The translations under genes and the position numbers were made by a program. Shown here one piece after another: positions 10,538 to 21,538 of a stretch of 64,000 nucleotides of DNA; position 1 is the first letter of the stretch, and each line of letters begins with the position of its first letter. Source of the DNA: Sarea resinae (taxonomy: Eukaryota); assembly GCA_026026165.1 (NCBI GenBank), contig JAPEUD010000002.1:248001-312000 (forward strand), read 5' to 3'. The notes beneath the pieces were generated by a model that had not been told where the DNA came from, did not search any database, and worked only from the letters and a program-made list of their open reading frames with translations.

Positions 10538-13171
10538 TCACCCCGCATTACCCTTTTGCCTCTTGCCCCCCACTCGCGGACTAGCCTTGACTTTCGCCTG
10601 TGGCGGTCCACCAGCCCCAGCACCAAGAGGACCACCAGTACCGTTCACCTCGATTGGTCCAGCTCCACCGCCTTCATCCCCTTCCACTTTAACGGTACTA
10701 GCTCTCCTCCGCTTGTTCGTGGCATTTGGACTCGTATTCGCGCTCGTTCCCTGACTGCTGTTTGTGCCCTGCTGGCTCTGCTGTGCTACCAGTCCAGGCG
10801 CCTGCATGTGTTTTTGTGCGGGACTGGGCGTGTGCGTGTGACCTCCGATCCCGACCTGTGGTGAGTTTGGTAGGTTGAGATGGGCGCCTGGGATCGGTGA
10901 AGAAAACTGGTTCATGGGGTTGGGAATGCCGTTTTGGAGGCCGGGAGTCCTTTGACCGGGGATTTGGGCGCCGGGATTGTTCATGCCTGCGAGGTGCTGT
11001 GCCATGCCCTGTTGTTGGGCTTGGAAGGAGGCTACCAGTTGATGCAGTGCTTCTTCTGGGCTGAGGTCGGGATTTTGCTGGGCGAAGCTGAAGAGAGGTT
11101 GCATTTGGGATATTGTTTCACCGAACTGAGAAAGTCCAAAATCAACATAGTACGAGAAACTGCAGGAAAAGGGCTCACCTCAAGAAACCTCATGACGGCA
11201 TCTGTGACACCATAAGGGTTGACAAGCGAGGTTGGTAGCTTTATCTGAGGCTGGGGCGGCGGCTGCTGTTTCTGCAACTGCTGAGCTCGTTGTTTGCCTG
11301 TCGTTTTGGTCATTTTCGGAGACTGCTTTGCTTCAGCAGCGGCAACTTCTGCTGCCGAAATAAGAGCTTGCACGTGTGGTCTCGGAAGGTACTCTTTGTG
11401 CTCGTTCGTGGTGAAGTCAAGCACATCGATTTTGCCACTTTGACCGAAATGGACTCGTAGTGTTCCCGAGCAGACAAGCTATACTTTGTCAGACTGAGCA
11501 CTCTGGGAGAAAAAGGCCCACTTACGTGACTTCCATCTGCGAACCAAAAAATATAGCTCGATCTCGGACTTTCTACAAAGTGTGTACCATTCTGCAGCTC
11601 CTTTTCCTGGGCGTTCTCCAACAGCAGTTGGATATTTTGAATGCCGCTTTCAAAATGTGTCCAGTAATACCGCGGTAATGCTGGATTCGATATTTCGAAT
11701 TGCTTTCCGGCCTTATCCTGATAGTTCCATACCGATTGTCGTATCACACCAACAGGGGAAAAGAACCGGTCCACAAACCCTTGCCAGAAGCCTAGGTCAT
11801 TCGCTTGTCTGCCTGCCTATGATAACGTAAGTATAGTGAAGTTTCATCATATGGCTTTCACCTACCACAAACTGGCTCATAAAATCACCAAACTGAAGCA
11901 GCTTCAAGACAGAGTTCCCCTTCATAGGATTCTGCAACCGGGGTTGTAGCATCGCTGCCGCTGCCGCTGCTTGTTGCTGCTGTTGCTGCTGCTGCTGTTG
12001 CTGTTGTGCCTGCTGCTGCTGTTGGGCTTGTTGCTGCTGAGCCTGAGCCTGAGCTTGAGCTTGGGCCTGGGTCTGCTGCTGTTGAGGCGTGTGCGGCTGC
12101 TGTTGCGGGGTGAGTTGTTGTGGAGTGTGTTGCTGCGGAGTGTGTTGTTGTTGTTGTTGTTGCTGCTGCTGAGCTTGCTGTTGTTGAGCTTGCTGCTGCT
12201 GGGCCTGCTGTTGTTGTTGTGCCTGCTGCTGCTGTGCCTGTTGCTGCTGCTGAGCTTGCTGCTGTTGCTGTTGCTGAGCTTGCTGTTGCTGTTGCTGCTG
12301 TTGAACTTGCTGTTGGGCCTGCTGTTGCTGTTGCGCAGCTTGTTGTTGCTGTTGAGCTACAGCCACAGCTTGAGCGTCGTGCATTCCCTGTACTTGTGGT
12401 TGAGGTCGCATCTGTCCGGGTTGGCCTTGAGGTCCTTGGGAGCCTGCTTGAGCGGCAGCTTGCTGCAGGGCCATTTGCTGTGCCATCAATTGCTGCTGTT
12501 GCTGTTGCTGCTGTGCCACAGCTTGGGCTTGCAATTGCTGCTGAAGATGATGCGGAAGGTTCACGGGGCGCATGCTCGGATTATTCGGATGCATCGCAGC
12601 AAATTGAGCGGCTGCGGCAGGGTCGGTGCCATTCGGCAGACCCATTGGTAAACCATTATTGTGCTGTTGCTGCTGTTGAAGTAATGCTTGTTGTTGTTGT
12701 CGCTGGCGAAGAATTTGCTGCTGCTGTTGCTGCTGCTGTTGCTGTTGCTGTAGCATTTGTGGAGTATTCGCCACTGGAAACGGAAAATCCGGTCAGCAAA
12801 TCAAGATTCCACAAAGGGTAGGATGCTCACGTACGTGCTTGAGCCATTTGCTGCTGATGTTGATACATTTGCGCTTGTCCTGGATTCAGATGCGAAAGCG
12901 CATGCGCGCTCGGCCCACCACCAGGTCCGCCCATGCCAGCCCCTACGCCTCCAGGTGGCATGCCCCCCATCATCGGCCCTGCTTGTGACACCTGGGCTCC
13001 GTTCGGGCCTGACATGCCCGGGTGGATGTGTTGTGGCATTCCCTGGCCTGGGGGCTGGCCTCCTGGCTGGCCTGAATTCGAGAGATGGCCTGGTACCATG
13101 GGGTGTCCATGGGGTCCACCTGGATGCTGGGAAAGCCCAGGGGGGTGAGGTGAAAACGTCTGGGCCATCAT
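10538..13171 (-). CDS. ptaB: LIM-domain-binding (Ldb1/SEUSS-like) transcriptional co-regulator PtaB/Mfg1; multi-exon
   Basis: Long polyQ N-terminal half. LIM-bind region KQFEISNPALPRYYWTHFESGIQNIQL and YGVTDAVMRFLE. C-terminal SPNATNKRRRAS and KVKASPRVGGKRQKG. Several GT-AG introns. Confidence 0.88.
11960..12755. repeat. CAG/CAA trinucleotide repeat region encoding polyQ of PtaB
   Basis: Long imperfect (CTG/TTG)n on the + strand. Confidence 0.95.
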
Positions 13172-14882
13172 TTCTGGCGAGTGGACCTTGACCCGTCGAA
13201 GCGTAGGCTTGTCTCGGAAGGGGATCTGTTATCTGAGCCGTGCAACAAGAACTCGTACAAAGGCCGTCCAGCCTGGCTCCCTCTGACCTGCAAGTGCAAA
13301 ATTAGACGCGACACCCGGAAACGCCACAACTCATATGTGCCTCTGGCTATGTCTAGCTCCGATCCTAGACCGATGTATGTGGTCTCGATATCAGCTCGAC
13401 GCTACCAGGTGGAGGTCCGGTGCCAATGCCAATCCTCGGGCCAGGAGCATCTATGTGATCTCGCGACCTATACTATTATTCCAAACAATGTCTGCTCTCG
13501 CTCCGGTGCGTCTCTCCGTCGATGTCGTTGGGGCCTGTCGACGATCTGGCGCAATGCGCAACGCGGAAAGTCCCGCAGCGGCGATTTGCGACCGCGCAAT
13601 TCCTCGAATGCGAAATCACACTATCACGACTTCGGACCGCCGCAATCCAAGGGCTTCTTGTCCTTGCACGAGACCTGGGGTATGGCCGAGCGAGACCTGG
13701 ACGGTGAAGGGCAGGTGCAACGAGGGCCTCTACCGCGCGGGCGAGCCGTTGGTGAAATGAACGGTGGCCGAGAAGGCACAAAGGAGCGGAAACGAACAGC
13801 ACGTTGGGCGCAGGTGTCGTGGTGGAATCCAAGTATGGGCCGGGCACATCAGGACCGCTTCTCGGTCGCGACGATCACCGCGAGCCCAATATGGTCCAGA
13901 GATGGTGGTGAGAACGGCGGGGGGGCGACAAAGAGGCGGGGGGGGGAGGGGGGAGGAGAGGAGAGAGGAGAGTGGAATGAATTGTTGTTGAAAATGCGAG
14001 AGTGAAGTTGACTGGGTATGCAGTCTACCCAGGTAGAGTCAGGTAGTGCTCTCAGGTATTCGATCCCCATGGGTCGTCGTCGTCGGCGATGGGCATGGGG
14101 CGTGGGTAAGGGAAGGTATTAGGTTGACCGTCGCCATTACGGTGCCCGGGGGACAAGCGAATCACCAAGGTCGCGGGAAGTACCCGGCTGGGGAAGAGAG
14201 GCGGGAAGAGACGTCGGTCTACATGGGCCGTCGCGGTGCAGGTGGTCCACCGGACGAGGCAATGCGGCGGCTGATGGAGCCACAGATGCCAAAACACCGC
14301 CGCAATCGATCACGGGCGACCGGCAAGGAGCAGAGCCGCATACGGTCAATAGGTACGGTCAATACGGTCAATCGCAGTCCTCCGACAGTGATAGCAGTGC
14401 ACACACGAGGTCACGCCCTCTGGATGCTCGGTCGAAGCCCTGGAGAGCAAAGCGGGAGCCGCGACGGCGTGCGTAACCGTAGCAAGTGGCCTGAGACAGC
14501 ACCGGCCACAGTGGCTCTCGTGCCCTCCCCGACGGACTTTCGCTTCCAGACACCGAGAGAACCTCTTGGCCCACGTGACACGGCTATTCTTAGCGCTCTT
14601 CGCCGCCACATAAATTTCCATTCTCTTCGCCAATTTGTTTCTTTGCACCTCATCTCTTCCCTCTCGGCCCACGACCATCAGCGTTGTTTGGCCTCTGCTT
14701 TTACTTTCGCCTTCCGGCGTGTCTCTCGAACTTGATGATCACTTCGCCTTCACCGACTTCTTCACTTGCTACTTCGGGTCTATAAAGCAACTAACGATCG
14801 ACTGACTAGCCACCCAAATACCTAGCCGCACATCAATCAAGGTCAGTAAACAATTCTCTTATTTTGCCAACACACCTGCCCC

Positions 14883-15017
14883 GTGGTGGAACGATGACAA
14901 CACCATAAAAGTCTTCTTTTCCCAACTGAGTCGACCTTGAACGACACCCATCTGTTCCGGGCTGCCCTTCGCCGGGCGGCCTGCTACTTGCCAGTATACC
15001 TTGTCTGACCACCCACG
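14883..15017 (+). ncRNA. snR190: Box C/D snoRNA, snR190 homolog
   Basis: Box C-like ACGATGA (14891), box D CTGA (15005) and terminal stem GTGGTGG/CCACCCAC. Internal blocks TCTTCTTTTCC, TCGACC and CTTGCCAGT resemble yeast snR190 as I recall it. Lies directly upstream of U14, the conserved fungal arrangement. Confidence 0.75.
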
Positions 15018-15235
15018 AAACAACCTACCTTGTTTCAAGCCACTTTTGCGAACTTGCATCACTCTCGAGGGAGCGTTCTTCAATGGCTAACGCGGCATCG
15101 ACAGGAAAGCAGGTCCTTGCCATCGTCTCTGCTCTTCGAGTCAACAGAACCCCTCCGTCGCAATCTAATCACCAAATTGTCAGTACCATACTTTCCATTC
15201 AAACTCTTCATCCCGCACACAGCACTCCACTTCAC

Positions 15236-15355
15236 GATCTCGATGATGAAAAAGTTTTCCACATTCGCAGTTTCCACGCTAGCCATCGCCTAGAACCTAA
15301 TCTAGATGGTCAATGAGCGCCGAAGTCCTTCTTTCGGATGTCTGATTTAGAGATC
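15236..15355 (+). ncRNA. snR128: U14 (snR128) box C/D snoRNA
   Basis: Box C ATGATGA (15243). Domain A CATTCGCAGTTTCCAC (18S complement). Y-domain hairpin CCATC..CTAGA/TCTAG ATGG. Domain B plus box D CCTTCTTTCGGATGTCTGA (box D 15342-15345). Terminal stem GATCTC/GAGATC. Confidence 0.93.
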
Positions 15356-16059
15356 TTCCCTCCACACATGCATGCATTTCCTTGTCTCAAGTGCCCTACT
15401 TGTTCGTTGTGACTCTAGAGCTCTCGCTAACAGTGATTGCATGTGCAGTTAGGAAACCTTCGGCTCTGCTTGCCGCGGTATCCAGCAATTTCTGAGTATT
15501 GGGAAGGGTGGTCGTATGGACTAGATGTATATTCGGTGGCACGTTGTAGATGGCTAGTAATATCATAACATTCGTTGCAACTTTACATTGCCATTATCGT
15601 ATCATGTACCGTCTTGGGCCCATTGCTCCACAATCTATGCATTGACCGGTTGGAACTGTTCCCCTCGCTGCAGACGGCCCTCGGTCACCAGCAATGACTT
15701 TGTAGTGGCCACAGGAAAGGCCGTGCTTCCCTGGACTCATCATCCATCAAATGTACTCGAGTATTTCTTCGACTAAACAAAAGCCACCGAATATCTTTCT
15801 CATCCATCCATGACGTGAACGCGGATGAATATGAACAAGGAAACATTGTTAGAATCCTCTCGAATGAGGTTCACACTCGATTCCTCCTATCCATCGATCA
15901 GCAATGCATTACAACACAATTCTAGACACCACCTAACAACATATTCACGCATGGTTGTTTTCCACATGTGTTTTCTTCCGCCCACGGGATTTTTCCAAGT
16001 GAAGGCCAAAACCAAGATTAAATTTAAAATCAAATCAAATAATTAAGATATTGAGATAT

Positions 16060-16950
16060 TTCCTTTTCCTCTTCCTCTTCTATTCTTCTCTTTTCCTTTA
16101 TGTACATATATATATGCATATACATTTATATTGAGTATATTAGAGTAGGTATATTAGAGTAGATTTAAGAAGGGGTAGAGATATAGAAAGATTAGATAGT
16201 AGGTGTAGTAAGTGTAGCAGGTGTAGTATAGTAGATGTAGATGTAGATATAGGTGTAGAGGTAGATATAGATGTAGATATAGGCGTAGATAAGGTACAGA
16301 TATAATAGAACACAGATAGATATAAGTACCTTCCTTTCCTTTCCTTTCTACCTCTCCTCTCTCTACCTCTACTTCCTCTTCCTTCTCTTCTTTCTCTTCC
16401 TCTTCTTTTTCCTCTTCCTCTTAACTCTCTCCTCTACTTTTGCTGTTTCTCCTCTCCTCTACTTCCTCTACTTCCTCGACCCTCTCTAGCTACCTACACT
16501 TTCACTGTTTTTCCCCTTATCTTTTCGCCCGCCTAAAAATAAAAAAGGAGGGGAGGGGAGGGGAGAGGAGGTCTGGAATAGAGCTATAGATAGATGGAAA
16601 CGCTCGCTGTAAACCAACTAACCAACCAACCAACTAACCTACCGCCCCTAAAGAAAAGAGAAGAAGTGAAGTGAAAAGAGAAAAGAGACAGAAAGACAAA
16701 AGAGAGGCGGAGGTGGTGGTGGCAGAGGTGGTGGGCTGCTGAGGTTGCTGAGGGGTTTTAAGAGAGGAGTCTTAAGGGTTCTTGCCACCTACCTGGCTAA
16801 GCCAAGTTATCTGAGCTATCTGAGCCAAGGCAAGGCAAGGCAAGGCAAGGCACGCAATAGATAGATAGGTGGATGGATAGGTGGATAGGTGGATGGATAG
16901 GTGGATAGGTAGGTGGATAGGTGGATAGATGGATAGATGGATGGATGGAG
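16060..16950. repeat. Low-complexity and microsatellite-rich intergenic tract (GTAGAT, CCTCTT, AACC, GGCAA, GGAT/AGGT arrays)
   Basis: Multiple adjacent short tandem arrays seen directly. Confidence 0.85.
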
Positions 16951-16993
16951 CAGACCAGAGACCCATCAGAGGGAGGTAGAGTAGATGATGAAC

Positions 16994-17081
16994 GGGACGC
17001 GGGACACAGGACGCGGGATATGGGACGCGGGATATGGGACGCGGGATATGGGACGCGGGATATGGGACGCGGGATATGGGA
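16994..17081. repeat. 14-bp minisatellite (GGGACGCGGGATAT), about 6 copies
   Basis: Seen directly, downstream of the HbrB-like gene. Confidence 0.9.
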
Positions 17082-17339
17082 TCTTGTTTTTGGTATAGAG
17101 ATGACATGGCATGAGATGCAGCAAAGACTTCGTCGTCGCAGAACACGCTGAACGAAAACCGCCTTCCCCCCTTTCCCCCTTTCCCCCTCTTTCCCCCTAC
17201 TAGAGAAAAAAAGAGGAAAGCAAAAAAAAAGAAACAAAAGCCAGCTGCACGAACACCAAAACCGACACCGACACCGAACACGTACGCATAGACTCAAGCC
17301 CATCAATGAACCCGGCACCAAGGACACAAGAAAAAAAGA

Positions 17340-20300
17340 CTAGAGCATGCTCCTCGTCTCGCCGGCGAAATTGGCACTTCCAGTCGGAGTAGGACTGCCG
17401 CCGTCGCCATCTCCGTCGCCGTCGCCGTCGCTGTTGCCGTCACTGTAAGCGTCGCGGTCACGATCACGGTATCGATGCTGGTCGCGGAGGGAGGCCGAGG
17501 GATGCCGGTCACCGTCCGCGTCGCCGTCGGCGTTACCGTCGGCTTTGGCATCGCTATCGCCCTCGCCATCGGAATAGCCGCCCCGCTCGCCTCGCAGGAC
17601 AGCGGTGACGGGTCGGGCCCCACCAGACCCCGGCCCACCAGTCCCAGACGCCATCCGCGCGACCTTGGTGCCGATGAACCCCCGGCGATTCCGACCCGTG
17701 CGCCCGCGCCCGAGCCAGTTATGCTTGAGTTCTTTGGCCAGCTGCTCCATCTTGGCTTGCGGCTCGTCGGCCGTCTGGACCGACGAGAGGAGCGAGACGC
17801 ATTGCAGCATGCGAGCCACGGTCTCGGTGACGCGCGTGCTGGATTTGTCGAGGGCAGTTTGGTGCGAGTGGCGCGAGTGTGAGGCTCGCTGTTGTTGTTG
17901 TTGTTGTTGTTGTAGTTGGCGCTGTGACGACGAAGAAGACGGTTGGAGATGGAGTTGAGAGGGGCGAGTTGCGGAGGCTGGCGAGGAGAGCGCGACCCCC
18001 CCGCCGCCGCTACTGCTGCTGGCGAGAGGGAGGTTGATTCGAGCAGTCGCTGCGAAGTTGGACGGATCCGAAGAGGTGGAGTGGTACGAGGGTGCCGAAT
18101 TATAGCTCGTGTTTGAGGTGGCTCGACTGCGGGCGCCGCCATCGCCGCCAGCCCCGGGTAGAGAGCCCGTGGCCGAGCCATCATTGAGCAGCGTCGAAGT
18201 CTGCGAATTGAAGCTCGCGAAGCCCGGGTCGAGACTGGCTGCCGTTCCGGGGCGGGGCGGACCACCGCCACCGTCACTAGGGGTGATGGGGCTTTGCTGC
18301 TGCGAGTAGGGGTCCGTAGACATGCAGAGCGCATCGATGCTCTCGAGGGACAGGCGCGAGAAGATGGCTTTCAGGCTGTCGTAGCGGGGCAGGATGGCGA
18401 TGTCGCGGTAGGAAATGAGCACAATGCGGCGGATGTCGAGGTGGTCTTCACCACCCCTTCCTCCCGATCCTTCGCCCCCGGCGGCTCCTGATGCGAAAGT
18501 AGATGCTGACTCTGGGGATCCGTCCGACGCAGGATGCTCCGACGAAGACGACAGAGCACCCCAAATCTCGTGGGCTTCTCGCGCGCTCATGATGGGGCCA
18601 TGACCTCTGAATTCGAGGTCGAGCGGCAGGAAGACGGCTTGCATGTACGGCAGAATGGTGCAGAAGACGAAGAGCCACATCTCGACGAGGTGCGTGACGA
18701 GGCGGTCATCCGGGACCTGGTAGAGGGTGTGGTTGAGAGAGGAGAAACCCGTCTGGAGGAAGTCGGTAAAGTCTTCGACGACGGTTGTAGGGGTGCGCTT
18801 CTGGACGCAGCGCTGGATGTGTGCCCTGCGGGTCCTGTTAGATGAGTGTGGAAAAGGAAAATGGTGGGCTTACGAGACAAGCCGATTCAGGTCTTCGACT
18901 GGTAGTCTGAGATCTTCCCCCTCAAACACGTTTAGTAATTTGGCCCTCAGAAAGGGCCACGCATCATCGGGCGTCATCCCAGTCAACCCAAACCCCTGTA
19001 GATTGGGCTGAGAGACATCCCCATAAGCGCTTGCTCCAGCTAAGCTCACGACGCTGCCTGCGGTCGAAGGTCCAGAGAAAAGACTACTGGGCCACTCGCC
19101 GCGATCGGTAAAGGACGCATCTCGTTCCCTGTAGCCCGTGTCCAAACCCAAAAGAGACGCTGGCGGCTGTCCCGTAGATGCTTTCTCCTCCTTTTTCTTT
19201 TCTCGAAAAGCCCTCCCGCCGTGTCGCAAGTCTAACCCGCTCATCGATTTGGCAAAGGCAGTAGCGCTGGGACCAGGCGACGAAGGCGTGAATGAATAGA
19301 GCGATTGCGGGGCGTTCGGATCCAGTGGCTGAGAATTGCTCGAAGCTGAAGATAATGGCAGGTTATGGTGGTCTTCTTTGAGTTTGAGTTTTTGACGGGA
19401 AAGAAAATGGTGCTTGTACTTTTCCTTCTCCCTCTCGGACGTGGTTGTTTTCTCCAAAGGAGTCAGGGTAGAGGTAGACGTGTTTGCGGAATTGTATGCA
19501 GATGACGAGGCAGAGCTCATCGGCTCCGAGAAGCTGGTGGTGGAAGCATTGGCGGTTCGCGGCAACGGACTGCCACCTCGAACAGACAGTTTACTGGGTG
19601 ACTGCAAGGCTTTGTCCTTCTTTTCGAGGTCTTTATCCTTTGATATACCAATGCTCTTTGGCTTCGAGAAGAGCTTCATCTTTGGCTTCTCCGACTTGTG
19701 CTTCGGCTCTTTCTCCGGAACGGGTGGAGGATAATGATCGGCAACAGGCAAGGCAGGAGAAGGCACAGGGCTCCGCGGGAATGCTGCATTGGCAGCCGTC
19801 GTCGCAGCACTCGTATGCCCGCCCAGCAATCCATTGTGGTACTGTTGTCCCGAGTTTCCTTGCACTCCTGCTGCATTGAAATGGCCCGGAGACACTTGGG
19901 GCGGAGACTGCGGCGGCTTCTGCCTCGAGACCGAGCTCTCCTTTGGCGACTGCGGGCGCACGGATGACTGCGACGATTTCCTCAGGTGCTGGCTCGATGC
20001 CTGGTGTTGCATGGCCGCCTGAGCAGCGATCTGAGAGGCCGTCAAGGGCGCCATCTGAGGGTGATTGGCAGAGGTCGTAGGCAACGACGGTTCGAAGAAG
20101 CCTTGCGAATGGTGACGGGACCGATGTCCCGCTAGATCTGACGGAGCCATGGCCGTTCGCCGCATATTGTGAAGATCCCCCGGGGCTTGCGCAGCCGTGG
20201 GCCGCGAGAAGTTCTGAAGGGTGGACGAGCTGCCAATGGCATTAGGGGTGGGTCGCGCGCCGTAAGGATGAGATGTTTTGGAAGCCGACAGAGCGGTCAG

Positions 20301-20432
20301 CTGCGATGATCCAGACGAGTCGCTCGAGAAGGATTCCGTCGTTCGAGACCGCGATCGTGACTGTGAACGGGTTTCCTGGGGTAGGCTGACATTGGAGCGC
20401 GCCCCAGAGGCATCGCGGGCGGACGGGCTCAT
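17340..20432 (-). CDS. hbrB: HbrB/Bit61-like (Protor family, TORC2-associated) protein; 2 exons
   Basis: HbrB domain: DDAWPFLRAKLLNVFEGEDLRLPVEDLNRLV, intron, then WLFVFCTILPYMQAVFLPLDLEF and DIRRIVLISYRDIAILPR. Further block ARMLQCVSLLSSVQTADEPQAKMEQLAKELKHNWLGRGRTGRNRRGF. Confidence 0.88.
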
Positions 20433-20865
20433 GATGAGGTAAGTCGAGAGGGTCCGGCAGCACAGTCAGCACTATCAGCCCCTTCAGCGCAGACGCGGGA
20501 TCGTGTGCAAGTGAATGAACGCGGTGGCCATCACTTGAGGCGCAACTTTCGACGCCTCTTCTCGATACGGGCAGTCGGAATCAGCGAACAGAGGAGTGTG
20601 AATGAAGTGTTGCAGCTTGACAGCGACTCCGATGCTCTCAGGCTTGCTCCGTCCAATGTTGATCTCCCGCACCATGTATTCGAACCAAGTATACTCGCTT
20701 ACAAACGCATATGCAGAGGTACTTGCCAGGTTCACCATCGGGGGCATCCCATTCATGGGGAGAGTAGCGGGGCAGGGCAGGACGACATCACCGTCGTCCT
20801 CTCCACTGCTCCTCTCTGCCACTTCACTCCCCATCCATCCCACATCCACGCTTCCACCCACCACA

Positions 20866-21219
20866 ATGTCCTCAGCCCAGGCCCCCAACACCTCCAACAC
20901 CTCCAATCCCCCCTCAACACTGACCGCAAACTACGTCTCCCCAGACAGCAGCAGGACCTTCCAGCACGACCTGCCAACCCTGCCGGCCTTCTCGCACCCG
21001 TCTGGCACCACGAACGACCAGAACCCGAAGACAGCCTACCTCTCGGCCCTGCGTACCTGCACGACCAAGCTCCAGGAAGAAGTGAACGTGTTCCTGACAC
21101 GGCGCATGGAGGAAGACAACAAGGCCAGTGCCGGCACCGCCACCGCCGCCAATGGGTCCAAGCTGGATGAGAAGCAGGAGGACGAGAATTACGGTGAGGA
21201 GATGGTGGATGAGGACTAG
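20866..21219 (+). CDS. GON7: EKC/KEOPS complex subunit Gon7
   Basis: 117 aa from ATG 20866. LTANYVSP, KTAYLSALR...KLQEEVNVFLTRRMEED and the acidic tail EDENYGEE are typical of filamentous-fungal Gon7. Confidence 0.85.
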   Translation: MSSAQAPNTSNTSNPPSTLTANYVSPDSSRTFQHDLPTLPAFSHPSGTTNDQNPKTAYLSALRTCTTKLQEEVNVFLTRRMEEDNKASAGTATAANGSKLDEKQEDENYGEEMVDED

Positions 21220-21538
21220 GAAGAGTCGAGCCTGGGCATGAGCATGTAGACATCGTTGCATACACACGCTCTGATAGTGTTTTGGTTGCTCCATGGCACT
21301 CGGAGGGGACACTGCTTGCCAGCGAGGTTACTCGACTTTCTTGCCGGTCAAACATCCTACGTCTCACTATCGACTATAACAATGGGGGCAGCGGGACTCG
21401 ACACGTCAAAATCTGCGAGCCACTCGGCTCGATGCTTGGATATCTCTGTACTCCCGAAGAACGCCGGGACCCAGAAGGAATCGACCAACACTATAACGCT
21501 GCAAAACCGCTAATGACCATCTACTGTTCCAACACGGC

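Noticed and set aside
11971..12821. Long poly-Leu and poly-Ala/Val ORFs on the + strand
   Set aside because: Antisense shadows of the polyQ CAG repeat in ptaB.
13181..14735. 274 aa and 229 aa + strand ORFs
   Set aside because: No recognisable motifs. GC-rich promoter and 5' UTR region between ptaB and the snoRNA host, where long chance ORFs are expected.
16994..17081. Regular repeat resembling a CRISPR array
   Set aside because: Head-to-tail 14-mers with no spacers, in eukaryotic DNA. It is a minisatellite.
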